This document shows, in pieces, positions 54,027-64,000 of a DNA stretch of 64,000 nucleotides. Source of the DNA: Rhodobacterales bacterium. Its GTDB lineage: Bacteria > Pseudomonadota > Alphaproteobacteria > Rhodobacterales > CAZPXZ01. The position numbers and the translations under genes were made by a program. The notes under the pieces were generated by a model. That model did no database searches and was not told the DNA's origin. It saw nothing but the letters and a program-made list of their open reading frames with translations. The stretch is taken from the NCBI GenBank assembly GCA_965222665.1, contig CBDCUM010000010.1:1640853-1704852 (forward strand), written 5' to 3'. The number at the start of each line of letters is the position of its first letter. The stretch's first letter is position 1.

Positions 54027-54058
54027 TGTTACGGCAGGAACGCCCGCTGGCCTGACGT

Positions 54059-57000
54059 TCAGAATCGGGCGTTGACCCGGAACCCGACCGCATGCTCGGG
54101 TTCCGAGCCTGCCCCGGCCCCCGAGCCGGGGTTGGCGCTCTCGCGGCGGCGCGCCTCGACGGCGAGTTCCAGTGAGCCGCCTCCAGGGGCGCTGCCGCGC
54201 ACCAGCCGCCAGCCGAGGCTGTAGTCCCGCCCGGCGTTCGACAGGCCGACGGCGACCTCCGGTACCGATGTGAAGCGGTCTCCGAAGGCCGCGAAGCCGT
54301 AGCCGAACCGCGCCTCCAGGCGCTGCCGCTGCAGGTCGCCGCCGTTGTCGTTGGCGGCCAGTCCGGTGAGGGTGTCGCGCGCCAGCAGCGCGTTCATCCC
54401 GCCGCTCGCCGATCCGCCCAGTGTCTGGGCGAGCGAAGCCCGCGGGCCCCGGTCCGACGCCGGCCGCGGGTCCCAGGAGAGCGAGCCGGAAAGGCCCCGC
54501 TCCCGGAAGCCGTCCGCCTCGTGGGTCAGCAGCCCGCGGCCGCGGAACGCCGTGGTGATCCCGCGCCGGCTATCCGACCAGGCCAGGCCGCCGCCGATAT
54601 CCACCCCGAACCCGGTCTCGGCGTCGCCGCCGTCGTGGCGCACGCCGATCTCGACGCTGGGTGTGAGGGTCGCCCCGTCCCCGACCCGGAAACGCTGCGA
54701 TCCCTCGAGACCCAGGCGCAGCCGGGTCACCCCGGCCTCCGCCGCCGCCATGCCGCCCCTGCCGGACACCGCGTCCGACGAGGTCCGCACGATCATCGCG
54801 TCCGTCTTGGCCGCGAGCGTCGGCCCGTCATTGCCGCCGTCGAGCAGCACGCCGCGCAGCCCCGCCGCCGCCATCCACAGGTCGAGGTCCGTCCGGATCT
54901 TCGCCTCGTCCTCCGGTTCCAGCGTGAGCGAGCCTTCGCCGTATCCCGCGACGCCCCAGACCGAGAGCCGCTTGCCCAGCGCATGGCGCACCCAGGGGAA
55001 GATCCCCGTCAGCGTCGAGGTCATCGTGCCCGCGCTGGCGCCCCGGTAGCCGCCGTCGCCCAGGCTGTGCGAGACCAGAAGCCCCGTCTTCCAGGCGCCC
55101 TGCGTCCAGTCCGCGCCCAGCATGCCGGTCGCGACCTCGCCGTCCACGGAGAGATCGCCTTCCCGGCCGTCGAAGCGCGTCACCGCGCCCCGGCCCCAGA
55201 TCGAGACCAGGCCGCTGCCCTGCGTCGCCGCCGTCAGCGCGAAGGACGACCCGGTCAGCAGGTCGCGCGCCGTGATCGTGCGCGAGCCGAGGTCCCGGCG
55301 CTGCGGGTCCGTCCCGCTCTTCAGCCAGTCCGCCAGGTTCTTGCTGCGCTCTATCTCCTGCCGTTCGGCAACATCCTCCGGCAAGGCCGCGCCGCCGATC
55401 CGCTGACCCGCAAGGCTCGCTTCCATGCCCGGCTTCGCCCCGCCCTCCCGCCGGGCTTCCACCGCATCCAGCACATGCTCCGCCACGGTGCGCCCGAAGC
55501 GGGCGATCCACGCCTGCGGCATCGCACCGGTGTTGCTGATCGTTCCCGTCGCCTCGGCGTCGGCGAGCTTCACGCGCGTCGGGGCCGGGTTCGAGAGTGT
55601 CAGCGTCAACGTCTCGCTGCCTTCGTCCAGCTCGTCGTCGAGCACCGGCACCGCGACCGTCTTCGAGGTCTCGCCCGCGGCGAAGGTGAGCGTGCCGCTC
55701 GTGTTCGTATAGTCCGCCCCCGCGCTCGCGCTGCCGTCTGCGGTCCCGTACTCGACCGTCACCGTCTCCATGAGCCGCCGGCTCAGGGTCACCGTGAAGT
55801 CGAGCACCGCGCCCGAGTCCTCGTCGACCTCGGCGTCGGCGACCGACAGCGTGGCCGGGCCGGCGATGGTCGCCTGCAGTCCGCCCCCGAGCTTCCGCCC
55901 GTCGGACATGCAGACCCCGGGCGTGCCCGCGCAGTCCGTGGTCGCGCGCACCGTGAGCGTCACGTCGCCGAAGCCCGAGGGTTCGACACGAATCCCCCAG
56001 CCTTCGTTGTTGCCCTTCCGGAGGCGCCAGGCGCGCCCGATGCTCGCCCCGGTGACGTCGAACAACCCGTTGTGCACGGTCCGGTAGCTCAAGCCCGCCG
56101 GCGCCGCGCTCAGCCGGAACCGGAGCTCGAACGGACTCGTCCCGTCATGCTCGGCCGGCACGTTGGAGTACGATGCCGTCAAGGGCACTTCGGAAGGCGG
56201 TTCCGTGGAACTTGTGCCGAGCACCGTCGCCTCGGCGGCCTGCGCCAGCGGCCGCCCACCGACGCAGACCGCGTTCGGGCTGCCGCAGGGCCGCGCCGGC
56301 AGCCGGACCCTGACATCGCCCGCGCCGGACGGCGCCACCGTCACGCGCCAGCCCAGGTTGCTGCCGGGCGTGCTGCGCGCCGCGCGCGTCACCGTGCCGC
56401 CCTCAACTTCCAGCAGCCCGCCGGCGACCGTCCGGAAGCTCAGCCCCTCGGGCTCCGCATTGAAATGCAGCTCGACCGTGAACGCCGTCGCCCCGTCGTG
56501 GCTTTCGGGCACGCCCTCAAAGCGCGCGTCCGGACCTGCGGGGGCGCCCCCCGCATCGCCCCTGACCAGCGTGCCGACGTGCCCGAGCGCCGCGTCCGCG
56601 TTCGTCGCGACGCTTCGGATCGCACCGCCGTTCAGCGCCAGGCTGTCCGGCGTGACCGCCATCACGGTGTGGGCGCCGTCGCCCGTGATCAGCGTGTAGC
56701 CGAACACCAGATCCGCCGTGCCGCCGCCGCGCAGATAGCCCGCGTTGCGGGTCTCCGTGCCGCTGAGTCCGATTGTGACCGAAGGTGTGCCCCCGGTGGT
56801 GTCGACCTCGACCGCCTCGCTGAAAGCGATTGTGACCTCTACCGTTTTGCCTTCGGTCCACTGCCCGTCCGAGCCCGCTTCGCTTACTTCGGGCGTGCTC
56901 GTCACGGTGGGCGATTCGACCTCGACCTGGCGCCCGCTTGCCGGCCCCGTCAACCGCACGATGACCCGGTCCCCCGGCGTCCAGCCGGGATCGGCGCCGC

Positions 57001-59740
57001 TCGTCCAACCTAAGAAGCCATCGCCTGGGCCAATCACATGCGCGGGGAACGAGACGGAATGGGTCCCCAGGTGCAGACGGAAGCCAGCATTGTTGAAGAT
57101 GGAGTGCCCCGTAGTGGGAGAAACGACGAAGACCAACTGTCCATTGCCGACGTCATAATTTGTTAGCGGAACGCTGTATTGAGTCCCACCGTAGTCAAAT
57201 TGCCCGTCGGACAGGCTCCCGAAGTTGCCTTGATGGAAACCTGTCACTGCAATAGGATTTCCCCCCACCGTCAGTTCCGCGCACCAGATTTCGTCGGGGA
57301 ACGACGCCCCGCAGGATGGGAGGGTTGTGGTGGAGGCGGAGGCGGATGGACCGAAGCCCGAGCCACTCCCAGTGCCATAAGGCCCCACGGCGGCCTGCAC
57401 GCGGTAGTGGCGTGTCGCCCCCTGCGGCACGCCACTGTGCGTGTAGGTCAGGGCCGTGCTGTTGGTGTCGCGGACGAGCGTGCGCCAGCTCGTGCCGTCC
57501 TCCGAAACCTGGATTTCGTATGCCTCCACGGGTTGACCGCACACCGTGGTGACAGCGGTCCAGCTCACGTCGATGGACTCGTAGGGGTTCGTCGTGCTCC
57601 GTACTGCGGTCGCGACCGGCCTGCTCTGCGCCGGAGCTCCGGGTGAAGACACCCGCAGAAGCTTCACCTGGACTGTATCGCCCGCCGACCAGCTCCCACC
57701 ATAGGGGTACATGTCGAAATGTATCCGTGGCCCCGGCTGGACGACCAAGGGGGCGGTCTTCTTGTTCCCGCCGGTTCCGAATTCCAGCGTCAAACGCGAG
57801 CTGCCGAGGCGACTCAGGAGACACTCGTGGAAGTTCGTGGAGTAGTCCGGGTCGAAATAACGACCGAGTACGAACCTCAGACTTCGCGCGGGCTTGCCGT
57901 TGTTTGCAAGCGCATTCACGACGAAGGTCTTGCCGTTGTGCGTGAACCTGTCGGGCGTGATGCTCCCCGTCCCGGTGAATCTGTTATATCCGTAACGCGG
58001 TGAACCGCTCTGGTTGCCCACCGTCATGGCGCCGCACCAGAGCTCGTTGCTTTGCGGCGAGGTGCAATGCGCAAGCAGGGTGGCCGAGGGCGGATCCCCG
58101 GCGGTGTCGGTGCCGGCGGCGACGCCGGTGCTATACGTACCTGTGCTGCCGCGCCCGGTCACGGTGAGGGTGAAGGTCAGCGGGGTGCCCGGCGGCAGCG
58201 ACGGGATCGTCACCACAGGCGTGGCGCTCGCGGCATCGTCGAACGTCACCGTCACCCCGTTAGCCGGATAGGTCAGCGCCCAGGAATAGGTCACATTCGT
58301 GCCCCACGGCCCGCCATCGCTGCTGCTGCCGTCGAGCGTCACCATGCCCCCGGCACTCAGTCCGCCATCCGGCAGGGCCACCGCCACCGGCGCGAAGGGC
58401 GCCCCCGGGTTGCCGGACAGACCCAGCGTCGTCAGCGCGGTCAGCGGCTCCAACACCCCGGCGGGAAGCGTCGTCAGACGGTTGTCGTACAGATTCAGCT
58501 CCGTCAACGAGGTCAGCCCGGCGAACACCCCGGCGGGAAGCGTCGTCAGACGGTTCTCGTGCAGATTCAGCGCCGTCAGCGCGGTCAGCCCGGCGAACAC
58601 CCCGGCGGGAAGCGTCGTCAGACGGTTGTCGTACAGATTCAGCGCCGTCAACGAGGTCAGCCCGGCGAACACCCCGGCGGGAAGCGTCGTCAGACGACGG
58701 TTCTCGTGCAGATCCAGCGCCGTCAGCGCGGTCAACCCGTCGAACACCTCGGCGTGAAGCGTCGTCAGCAGGTTGTTGCGCAGAGTCAGGGTCTCCAGCG
58801 CGGTCAGCTCGTCGAACACCCCGGTGGGAAGCGTCCTCAGCGCGTTGTTGTCCAGCCATAGCCCCGTCAGCGCGGTCAGCCCGTCGAACACCCCGGAGGG
58901 AAGCATGGTCAGCGCGTTATTGGTCAGACCCAGCACCGTCAGCGCGGTCAGCCCGTCGAACACCCCGGCGGGAAGCGTCATCAGCGCGTTGTCGATCAGA
59001 TCCAGCGCCGTCAGCGCGGTCAGCCCGTCGAACACCCCGGCGGGAAGCGTGCTCAGCAGGTTGTTGCGCAGAGTCAGCCCCGTCAGCGAGGTCAGCCCGG
59101 CGAAATCCCCCGCCGCAAGGGCGGCGATTTCCTGATCTTTCAGCAGTAGCGAGCCGGTGATGGCGGCGAGATGGTCGGCGGTGACATTGGCGCAGTCGTC
59201 GACGTTGGGGATTTCGGCAAGGATCGCGGTTTGCACCGCAGCCGTGCGCCCGCAGATGCCGGACAGCTGCGCATGGGCCGGCGCGGCGGCCAGCGTCGTG
59301 AGCAACAACAGGAGCCCGGCCACCGCGCACCGGGCCCAACCTGCGCGGGCACGCACCGGGCCGCCGTCAACGGCGAACGTACCGGGCTGCCCCCCTCCGT
59401 CGCTCGCCACGCCCTGGGACGCGTCCGGCACGGGCGCCTCGCAACGCGGGACGGCCGACAAGGTATCGACGGAAGAACGGGAAGCGGCCGCGCCGGAACC
59501 GCGCGGCGGAGGAAGATCTGGGCCGGCAGATCCGCCGGGACGGCGCGCTATGCCGAGATACGGAGCGCCCCGGCGGACATGACGGAACCGTAAGCTCCCG
59601 GCTCTCGCCTCTCTATGAGAATCAGCGTACATTGAATCGCCGTCGCAGGTAACCGATAAACCGACACAACCCGTTGATTCTGTCTGCCCTTCCGACTCAC
59701 CGAGCCGTATCTGAAAGTCGAAACTGTCCATGATGAGCAC
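54059..59740 (-). CDS. Giant autotransporter-like surface protein: signal peptide, LRRs, Ig-like, FN3, Calx-beta, C-terminal beta-barrel (start uncertain)
   Basis: LLLLLTTLAAAPAHAQ signal; about 10 LRRs; FN3 W..Y..Y pattern; Calx-beta TADGSASAGADY; terminal VGFRVNARF. Confidence 0.9.
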   Translation of the reverse strand: MLIMDSFDFQIRLGESEGQTESTGCVGLSVTCDGDSMYADSHREARAGSLRFRHVRRGAPYLGIARRPGGSAGPDLPPPRGSGAAASRSSVDTLSAVPRCEAPVPDASQGVASDGGGQPGTFAVDGGPVRARAGWARCAVAGLLLLLTTLAAAPAHAQLSGICGRTAAVQTAILAEIPNVDDCANVTADHLAAITGSLLLKDQEIAALAAGDFAGLTSLTGLTLRNNLLSTLPAGVFDGLTALTALDLIDNALMTLPAGVFDGLTALTVLGLTNNALTMLPSGVFDGLTALTGLWLDNNALRTLPTGVFDELTALETLTLRNNLLTTLHAEVFDGLTALTALDLHENRRLTTLPAGVFAGLTSLTALNLYDNRLTTLPAGVFAGLTALTALNLHENRLTTLPAGVFAGLTSLTELNLYDNRLTTLPAGVLEPLTALTTLGLSGNPGAPFAPVAVALPDGGLSAGGMVTLDGSSSDGGPWGTNVTYSWALTYPANGVTVTFDDAASATPVVTIPSLPPGTPLTFTLTVTGRGSTGTYSTGVAAGTDTAGDPPSATLLAHCTSPQSNELWCGAMTVGNQSGSPRYGYNRFTGTGSITPDRFTHNGKTFVVNALANNGKPARSLRFVLGRYFDPDYSTNFHECLLSRLGSSRLTLEFGTGGNKKTAPLVVQPGPRIHFDMYPYGGSWSAGDTVQVKLLRVSSPGAPAQSRPVATAVRSTTNPYESIDVSWTAVTTVCGQPVEAYEIQVSEDGTSWRTLVRDTNSTALTYTHSGVPQGATRHYRVQAAVGPYGTGSGSGFGPSASASTTTLPSCGASFPDEIWCAELTVGGNPIAVTGFHQGNFGSLSDGQFDYGGTQYSVPLTNYDVGNGQLVFVVSPTTGHSIFNNAGFRLHLGTHSVSFPAHVIGPGDGFLGWTSGADPGWTPGDRVIVRLTGPASGRQVEVESPTVTSTPEVSEAGSDGQWTEGKTVEVTIAFSEAVEVDTTGGTPSVTIGLSGTETRNAGYLRGGGTADLVFGYTLITGDGAHTVMAVTPDSLALNGGAIRSVATNADAALGHVGTLVRGDAGGAPAGPDARFEGVPESHDGATAFTVELHFNAEPEGLSFRTVAGGLLEVEGGTVTRAARSTPGSNLGWRVTVAPSGAGDVRVRLPARPCGSPNAVCVGGRPLAQAAEATVLGTSSTEPPSEVPLTASYSNVPAEHDGTSPFELRFRLSAAPAGLSYRTVHNGLFDVTGASIGRAWRLRKGNNEGWGIRVEPSGFGDVTLTVRATTDCAGTPGVCMSDGRKLGGGLQATIAGPATLSVADAEVDEDSGAVLDFTVTLSRRLMETVTVEYGTADGSASAGADYTNTSGTLTFAAGETSKTVAVPVLDDELDEGSETLTLTLSNPAPTRVKLADAEATGTISNTGAMPQAWIARFGRTVAEHVLDAVEARREGGAKPGMEASLAGQRIGGAALPEDVAERQEIERSKNLADWLKSGTDPQRRDLGSRTITARDLLTGSSFALTAATQGSGLVSIWGRGAVTRFDGREGDLSVDGEVATGMLGADWTQGAWKTGLLVSHSLGDGGYRGASAGTMTSTLTGIFPWVRHALGKRLSVWGVAGYGEGSLTLEPEDEAKIRTDLDLWMAAAGLRGVLLDGGNDGPTLAAKTDAMIVRTSSDAVSGRGGMAAAEAGVTRLRLGLEGSQRFRVGDGATLTPSVEIGVRHDGGDAETGFGVDIGGGLAWSDSRRGITTAFRGRGLLTHEADGFRERGLSGSLSWDPRPASDRGPRASLAQTLGGSASGGMNALLARDTLTGLAANDNGGDLQRQRLEARFGYGFAAFGDRFTSVPEVAVGLSNAGRDYSLGWRLVRGSAPGGGSLELAVEARRRESANPGSGAGAGSEPEHAVGFRVNARF
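58405..59150 (-). repeat. Coding tandem repeat, 72-bp unit (24-aa LRR), about 10 units
   Basis: Recurrent CAGCGCGGTCAGCCCGTCGAACACCCCGGCGGGAAGCGTC every 72 nt (one unit of 75 nt). Confidence 0.95.
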
Positions 59741-60005
59741 CCGAAGTTGTCGTGATATTTAGTGTCGCAATCGACATATAACCAAACTCACTATATACTT
59801 TATTTTATTTTGTCAATGATACGAACGACCCGAATCGCCTCTTTTCGCACAATCACCCGCCCCAGGAAATTCCCGCGCGATGCCCGCTCCCGGCCGTCTC
59901 CGGCCTCCACGGGGTAGCCCCGCGTCCGCCCGGATAGGGGAACCCTGCGGCCGCGCGGCATCCGTCCGCACCGCCGCCGCCCCGCGTTCCGGCGTCCCTG
60001 AACGG

Positions 60006-60046
60006 CAATGGCATTCACTTAACGAGTTTTTGCCATTCACTTAAGG
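60006..60046. repeat. Terminal sequence of the interrupted IS4-family element, with internal repeat CATTCACTTAA twice
   Basis: CAATGGCATTCACTTAACGAGTTTTTGCCATTCACTTAAGG just downstream of the transposase stop. Confidence 0.65.
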
Positions 60047-60829
60047 ATTCGCAGTCCTGACAGCATGTTGGCGCTGCGTTGCGACGTCCTGTGGTTCAGG
60101 TTGTCGAGGCTTCCCTGCGCTTGCCGTGCCACCGGTTGAGGGGTTTGCGGGATCGTCGTTCGTAGCTTCGTCCCGGGCGCGGCTTCTGCCGCCCGGTGGC
60201 GACGCAATCGAGGAACTGCTGGATCGCCTCGGCGACGGTGGCGGCGTGCTTCAGCAGTAGGGCTTCGAGGTTTCGCGCGACGGCGGCGAGGGAGTTCTTG
60301 AAGTTTGCGGTGCGATCGATTGCGGACGGGGACGGCTTGCGGGCGTTGAGCATCGCGTCTCCATGGATTGTGAAGATGCGCGTCATGGCCATGAGGTTGA
60401 AGTGGGCGAAGAGTTCCTGTCGGACGCCGCGCTCGGTCCTGGCATGGAACGGCGCGATTTCCATGATTGACTTGGAGATCTTGACCATCTCCTCGATGCC
60501 CCAGCGCGATCCGTATAGATCGGCGAGTTCGCTGGCAGGATGGGTTTCCGGATCGATGAGTGTGGTGGCGAGGCAGATGGTTGAGCTGCCGGCAGTGTAT
60601 TTGACGAGGCGCAGCCGGACCGGTTCTGCGAAGGCTTGCGGCTGTCTCTGGCGCAGCTTCCAGAGGGAGACCTTGCCGGGCATTGCCTCGACGACGGTAT
60701 CTGTCTGGCTTCCGGCAAGGAAGGCATCCATGATCGTGCTGACGGACTTCTGGATCCGGAAGACGGGATGCAGGCCCCGTTCGCGATGGACGGCCAGCAA
60801 CGCCCAGGAGAAATATCCGCGATCGTAGA

Positions 60830-63214
60830 CTTTCATCACCCCACAGTGGACTCGCGGCGATTGTTCTGGCTTGTTTCCCGCATGTTCACTTGTCTTCTTT
60901 CATTCCGCGGTGGTAGATCAGGATTGGCTTGAACATCAGGTAGGCTTCCCAGAGTTTCCGTGTTCCCGGCAAGGGCTGCCGCTTTGTTGGATCGAATCCG
61001 GCGATGCCCGCCAGATCGATAACGAAGGATTTGATGTCGGGCGCAGGTTCGGGCGGAGCCCGGGCATTGCAGATCCTGAGGAGGTATCGATAGTTGTAGA
61101 GGCAGTCGATGGCCTCCTGCCCGACGACCTCGCTGGCCGGTGTGTGGGGGACCGTCCGGGCCATGAAGTTCAGGTCGTGGATATGGCAGGCGGTAATCAC
61201 ATCGAAGACGAGGCACTTGCGCAAATCGTCGGCATCATCGAGTTGCCGGTCCTTGATCCGGGTGCCGGTTTTCAGCGCGCTGAACCAGGTTTCGATGGAC
61301 CAGCGCTTCTCGTACCACTGGACGATCTGCTGCGCGTGTTCGGCGGTTGGCTCGCCCCGGTTGGCCAGCAGCAGCCAGTGCAACGGCTCCTTGCCTTGCG
61401 GCGGTTGTCGTTCGGTTGCCGAGACTGCGAGCATCTCCGTCGGGGTCTGGTCCGCGGCTTCCTTCGGCGCCAGCAGGACCACCCTGCAGGCGCGAAGGTC
61501 GAGCTTGACCTTGCGTTGCTTGCGCTGGCGCGGGCCGCCGCATGGCGGAACCAGGATTGTCTTGCGTGCCAGCGGCTCCTGTTCTTCGACATGCGTCCAG
61601 AGGTTGCGGGATTTTCCGTCGTTCAGCAGCACCTTGCGCTGGCGCGCCGCATTGGAGCGCACCAGCAACCCGGCATGGTCGATGGCCGCCTTGCGCAGCA
61701 TCTCCCAGGTATCCCCTTCACGATCGCAAACGGTGATCACCTCGGTGTCCGGGCAGGCATCGTCCAGTTCCCGGGCCCGCTGCATCCCTTCCAGCCAGCG
61801 CGCGCTTTCGGTGTCCTTCCCGACACCCGTGACCTTCTCCTGTTCCGTCGTGCGGAAGTCGGCATTCAGGTTGTAAACGCCCAGCGGCCGGCCCACAGGG
61901 TTGACCGCAAGCCCGAAGTGCGCCATCAGTCCGTGCGCGCCCGTGCCGCGTCCGCCGATGGAACAAAGCCCGTCTGTCGCCTTCAGGCCGTGGTAGTTCA
62001 GCGTCGTGGTGTCCTGTATCGCCAGCACCACCTTCTCCATCTGGCAGCGCTCCACCGTGGAGGCCTGGTGGGGCTCAAGGATGTGCTGCATGGACACGCC
62101 CTCGCTGGACAGAAGTCGGTACGCCGCCTTGCGTTCCGCCCGCCGCGGGAACAGCACCGGAATCGAGGCCCCCGCAAGCCGGAGCCACGCCCGCCCCATC
62201 TCCACGATCCGCCTGCGGACGCGCCCGTCGGAATGGCTGCAGCGAGCATATTCCCGCTCCGCCCAGTCGGCGCCCGCCGGCAGATACACCGGCTCGGGCG
62301 GAACAATCCGGCGCTCCGGCAGAATACATAACGTCTCCTCCCAGTGCGCCGACAACGGCTTCATCCAGACCGCGCGCCCGACCCCTGGCCGCGTGCTCCC
62401 CGGCGGCTGGCCGGAGGTCGTCCGCGGGCAGCAGGACCATCCGGCCGCCCGGTAGCTCTCTCCGGCATGTTCTGGGCCGACATAGGTATAGGCCAACACG
62501 GGCCGCGTTGCATAGGCCTCGCTCCAGTCCCCGGCAACTCGATCCGTCGCCATCTCCAGCACCCGCGAGGCCAGCCCGTGAATGCGGGGCAGCAGCAGAA
62601 ACCGGTGATTGCACAGCACAAGCCCGAGATGGGCCGCGCGCGCGTCGGCCGACCAGCCGATCCATTCGTCGCGCGCCTTCTGGTGCCAGCTCGCTGCTGC
62701 AAAGCCGATGCCGCCCAGCACGCCGTAGGCCGAGGAACGTATCCAGTAGCGCAGCTGCCCTCCCGGCGCTCGCTTCCAGCCGAGAGGATGCCAGGCCTCC
62801 AGCATCGCTTCCCAGCAACGCCGGTCGTCGCCCTCCGACACCCTCTCCAGCGACAGGCTGCCGAGATCCCGGATCCCGCACCGAAGCGCCGAAATCGCCT
62901 CAAGACCGTCCGGCGCCGGCACCCTCGCGACCGCATCCGGCACGCCCGGTCTCGCGTCCGGCAACCGGAACCCCGCCTTCGCGGCCACCTTCGGCAACAC
63001 CTTGCGGGCCGACGCCAGCGCCAGCCTGCCCTTGCTATCCTTCCAGTCGGCAAGTTCGCACAGCAGACGCGCCAAGCCGCAACGGGTCGCTCCCGGCTCC
63101 TCGGAAGCCGCGACTACACGGGCAATCGTCTGAGCACCGAAATGGCGCAATCCAATCTGCATGCCGCAGCAGTAGCAGCATCAAGACGGCGAGTCAACAA
63201 TGGCCCGATGAAAG
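60830..63214 (-). mobile_element. Complete DUF4338-IS50-like element (copy 6)
   Basis: TIRs CTTTCATCACCCCACAGTGGACTCGC and GCGAGTCAACAATGGCCCGATGAAAG; 9-bp TSD GATCGTAGA at 60821-60829 and 63215-63223. Confidence 0.95.
60886..63162 (-). CDS. DUF4338/DruA-like domain fused to IS50-type transposase (758 aa)
   Basis: MQIG start, PGGQLRY, SWHQKARD..IGW, NHRFLLLP, IQDTT, CDREGD, YEKRWSIE. Confidence 0.93.
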   Translation of the reverse strand: MQIGLRHFGAQTIARVVAASEEPGATRCGLARLLCELADWKDSKGRLALASARKVLPKVAAKAGFRLPDARPGVPDAVARVPAPDGLEAISALRCGIRDLGSLSLERVSEGDDRRCWEAMLEAWHPLGWKRAPGGQLRYWIRSSAYGVLGGIGFAAASWHQKARDEWIGWSADARAAHLGLVLCNHRFLLLPRIHGLASRVLEMATDRVAGDWSEAYATRPVLAYTYVGPEHAGESYRAAGWSCCPRTTSGQPPGSTRPGVGRAVWMKPLSAHWEETLCILPERRIVPPEPVYLPAGADWAEREYARCSHSDGRVRRRIVEMGRAWLRLAGASIPVLFPRRAERKAAYRLLSSEGVSMQHILEPHQASTVERCQMEKVVLAIQDTTTLNYHGLKATDGLCSIGGRGTGAHGLMAHFGLAVNPVGRPLGVYNLNADFRTTEQEKVTGVGKDTESARWLEGMQRARELDDACPDTEVITVCDREGDTWEMLRKAAIDHAGLLVRSNAARQRKVLLNDGKSRNLWTHVEEQEPLARKTILVPPCGGPRQRKQRKVKLDLRACRVVLLAPKEAADQTPTEMLAVSATERQPPQGKEPLHWLLLANRGEPTAEHAQQIVQWYEKRWSIETWFSALKTGTRIKDRQLDDADDLRKCLVFDVITACHIHDLNFMARTVPHTPASEVVGQEAIDCLYNYRYLLRICNARAPPEPAPDIKSFVIDLAGIAGFDPTKRQPLPGTRKLWEAYLMFKPILIYHRGMKEDK

Positions 63215-64000
63215 GATCGTAGATCACCACGTCCCCGGGCGACAAGGCGGGCAGAAGGTCGAGCGCGGCCCTTCGTTCATTGCCGTGGGCGCAAAGGTCG
63301 AACGCGACCGGAATTCGCTCCGGAAGCTGAACCAGACAACTGAGCAGGCCCTGCGGGTAGTGGCTCGTGTCCGAGGGCGTGCGATACCCGCAACGGATCA
63401 GCGGCCGCGGCAGGTTGAGCTTTGAGCCGTCGATCGCGAACAGGCGGTGTCCCCGCCACGCGGGCGGGCAGGAGGCACGCTTGAGGATCTCGGCATGCAC
63501 GCTCCGGAACACGTTCTCATCGACCTTGGCCCGCGCCCTGCACATCGCCGACGCGGCGACCGGATCCGGCTGCGGAAGCGCGACACCGAGAGCGCGGCAC
63601 TGCTCCCAGAGTTCGGCAAGCGTGGTCGCGTAGCCCTGCTCGCCGCTGGACAGCACCAGCCGGTACACGAACAGCATCACCAGCAGCGTATGCAGAACCC
63701 GCCGCCGCACCTGCCACACCCTGTCATGCTCGGCCGCCACTGCCGTCAGCGCCCCGATGAGATCCCGCCAGAGCAACACGAAGGGATCGTCCGGAGCCAG
63801 CCGGGGCCGCCGAGGACTGCGCCGTGGCGCGCTGCGTTGCGGCCCATGCAGGAGAACCTCCCGGAAGTCCGTGGCCAGCGGATACACATAGGGTTCGTCA
63901 AGAAAAAACCGCGTCGATTTGAGGAGTCGGCAGGAAGGGTTAATTCCACTCGCCATGGAGCTCCGCGCGCCGGATGTCGAGGGCCTCCATTTGAACATCC

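Larger units (their letters stand above)
60096..63900 (-). pseudogene. IS4-family transposase (non-IS50 group) split by copy 6; start uncertain
   Basis: AIDGSKLNLP, GDVVIYD|RGY across the insertion, YGSRWGIEE. Confidence 0.88.

Noticed and set aside
54521-57013. 830-aa plus-strand ORF
   Set aside because: Antisense shadow of the giant surface protein
58405-59150. Possible CRISPR array (regular ~72-bp periodicity)
   Set aside because: In-frame coding LRR repeats with no unique spacers and no cas genes
40302-59740. Diversity-generating retroelement acting on the surface proteins
   Set aside because: No reverse transcriptase and no adenine-specific TR/VR pair seen
63900-64000. Second end and TSD of the interrupted IS4 element
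   Set aside because: Only weak similarity to the 60006 end and no matching direct repeat found

Overview
GC-rich bacterial accessory region, probably proteobacterial and host-associated (inferred from IS load and LRR/Calx-beta surface proteins), densely packed with nested mobile elements. It holds (i) six to seven diverged IS50/Tn5-type (IS4 family) elements whose transposase carries an N-terminal DUF4338/DruA-like domain; four are complete with TIRs and 8-9 bp target duplications; (ii) two copies of an IS66-like element carrying a DNA adenine methyltransferase upstream of its transposase; (iii) an IS110 bridge-recombinase element inside one IS66 copy, whose left non-coding end carries guide segments matching the IS66 transposase target site; (iv) an hsdM - HEPN - (MNT::hsdS) locus without hsdR; (v) three paralogous autotransporter-like surface-protein genes, one intact; (vi) a peptide/opine-type ABC transporter and catabolic cluster, recQ, an interrupted fic gene, and remnants of serine/tyrosine recombinases and Tn3, IS3, ISKra4-like and Mu-like transposases. 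No rRNA, tRNA or CRISPR array was recognised. Family assignments come from motif recognition by eye, not database searches.
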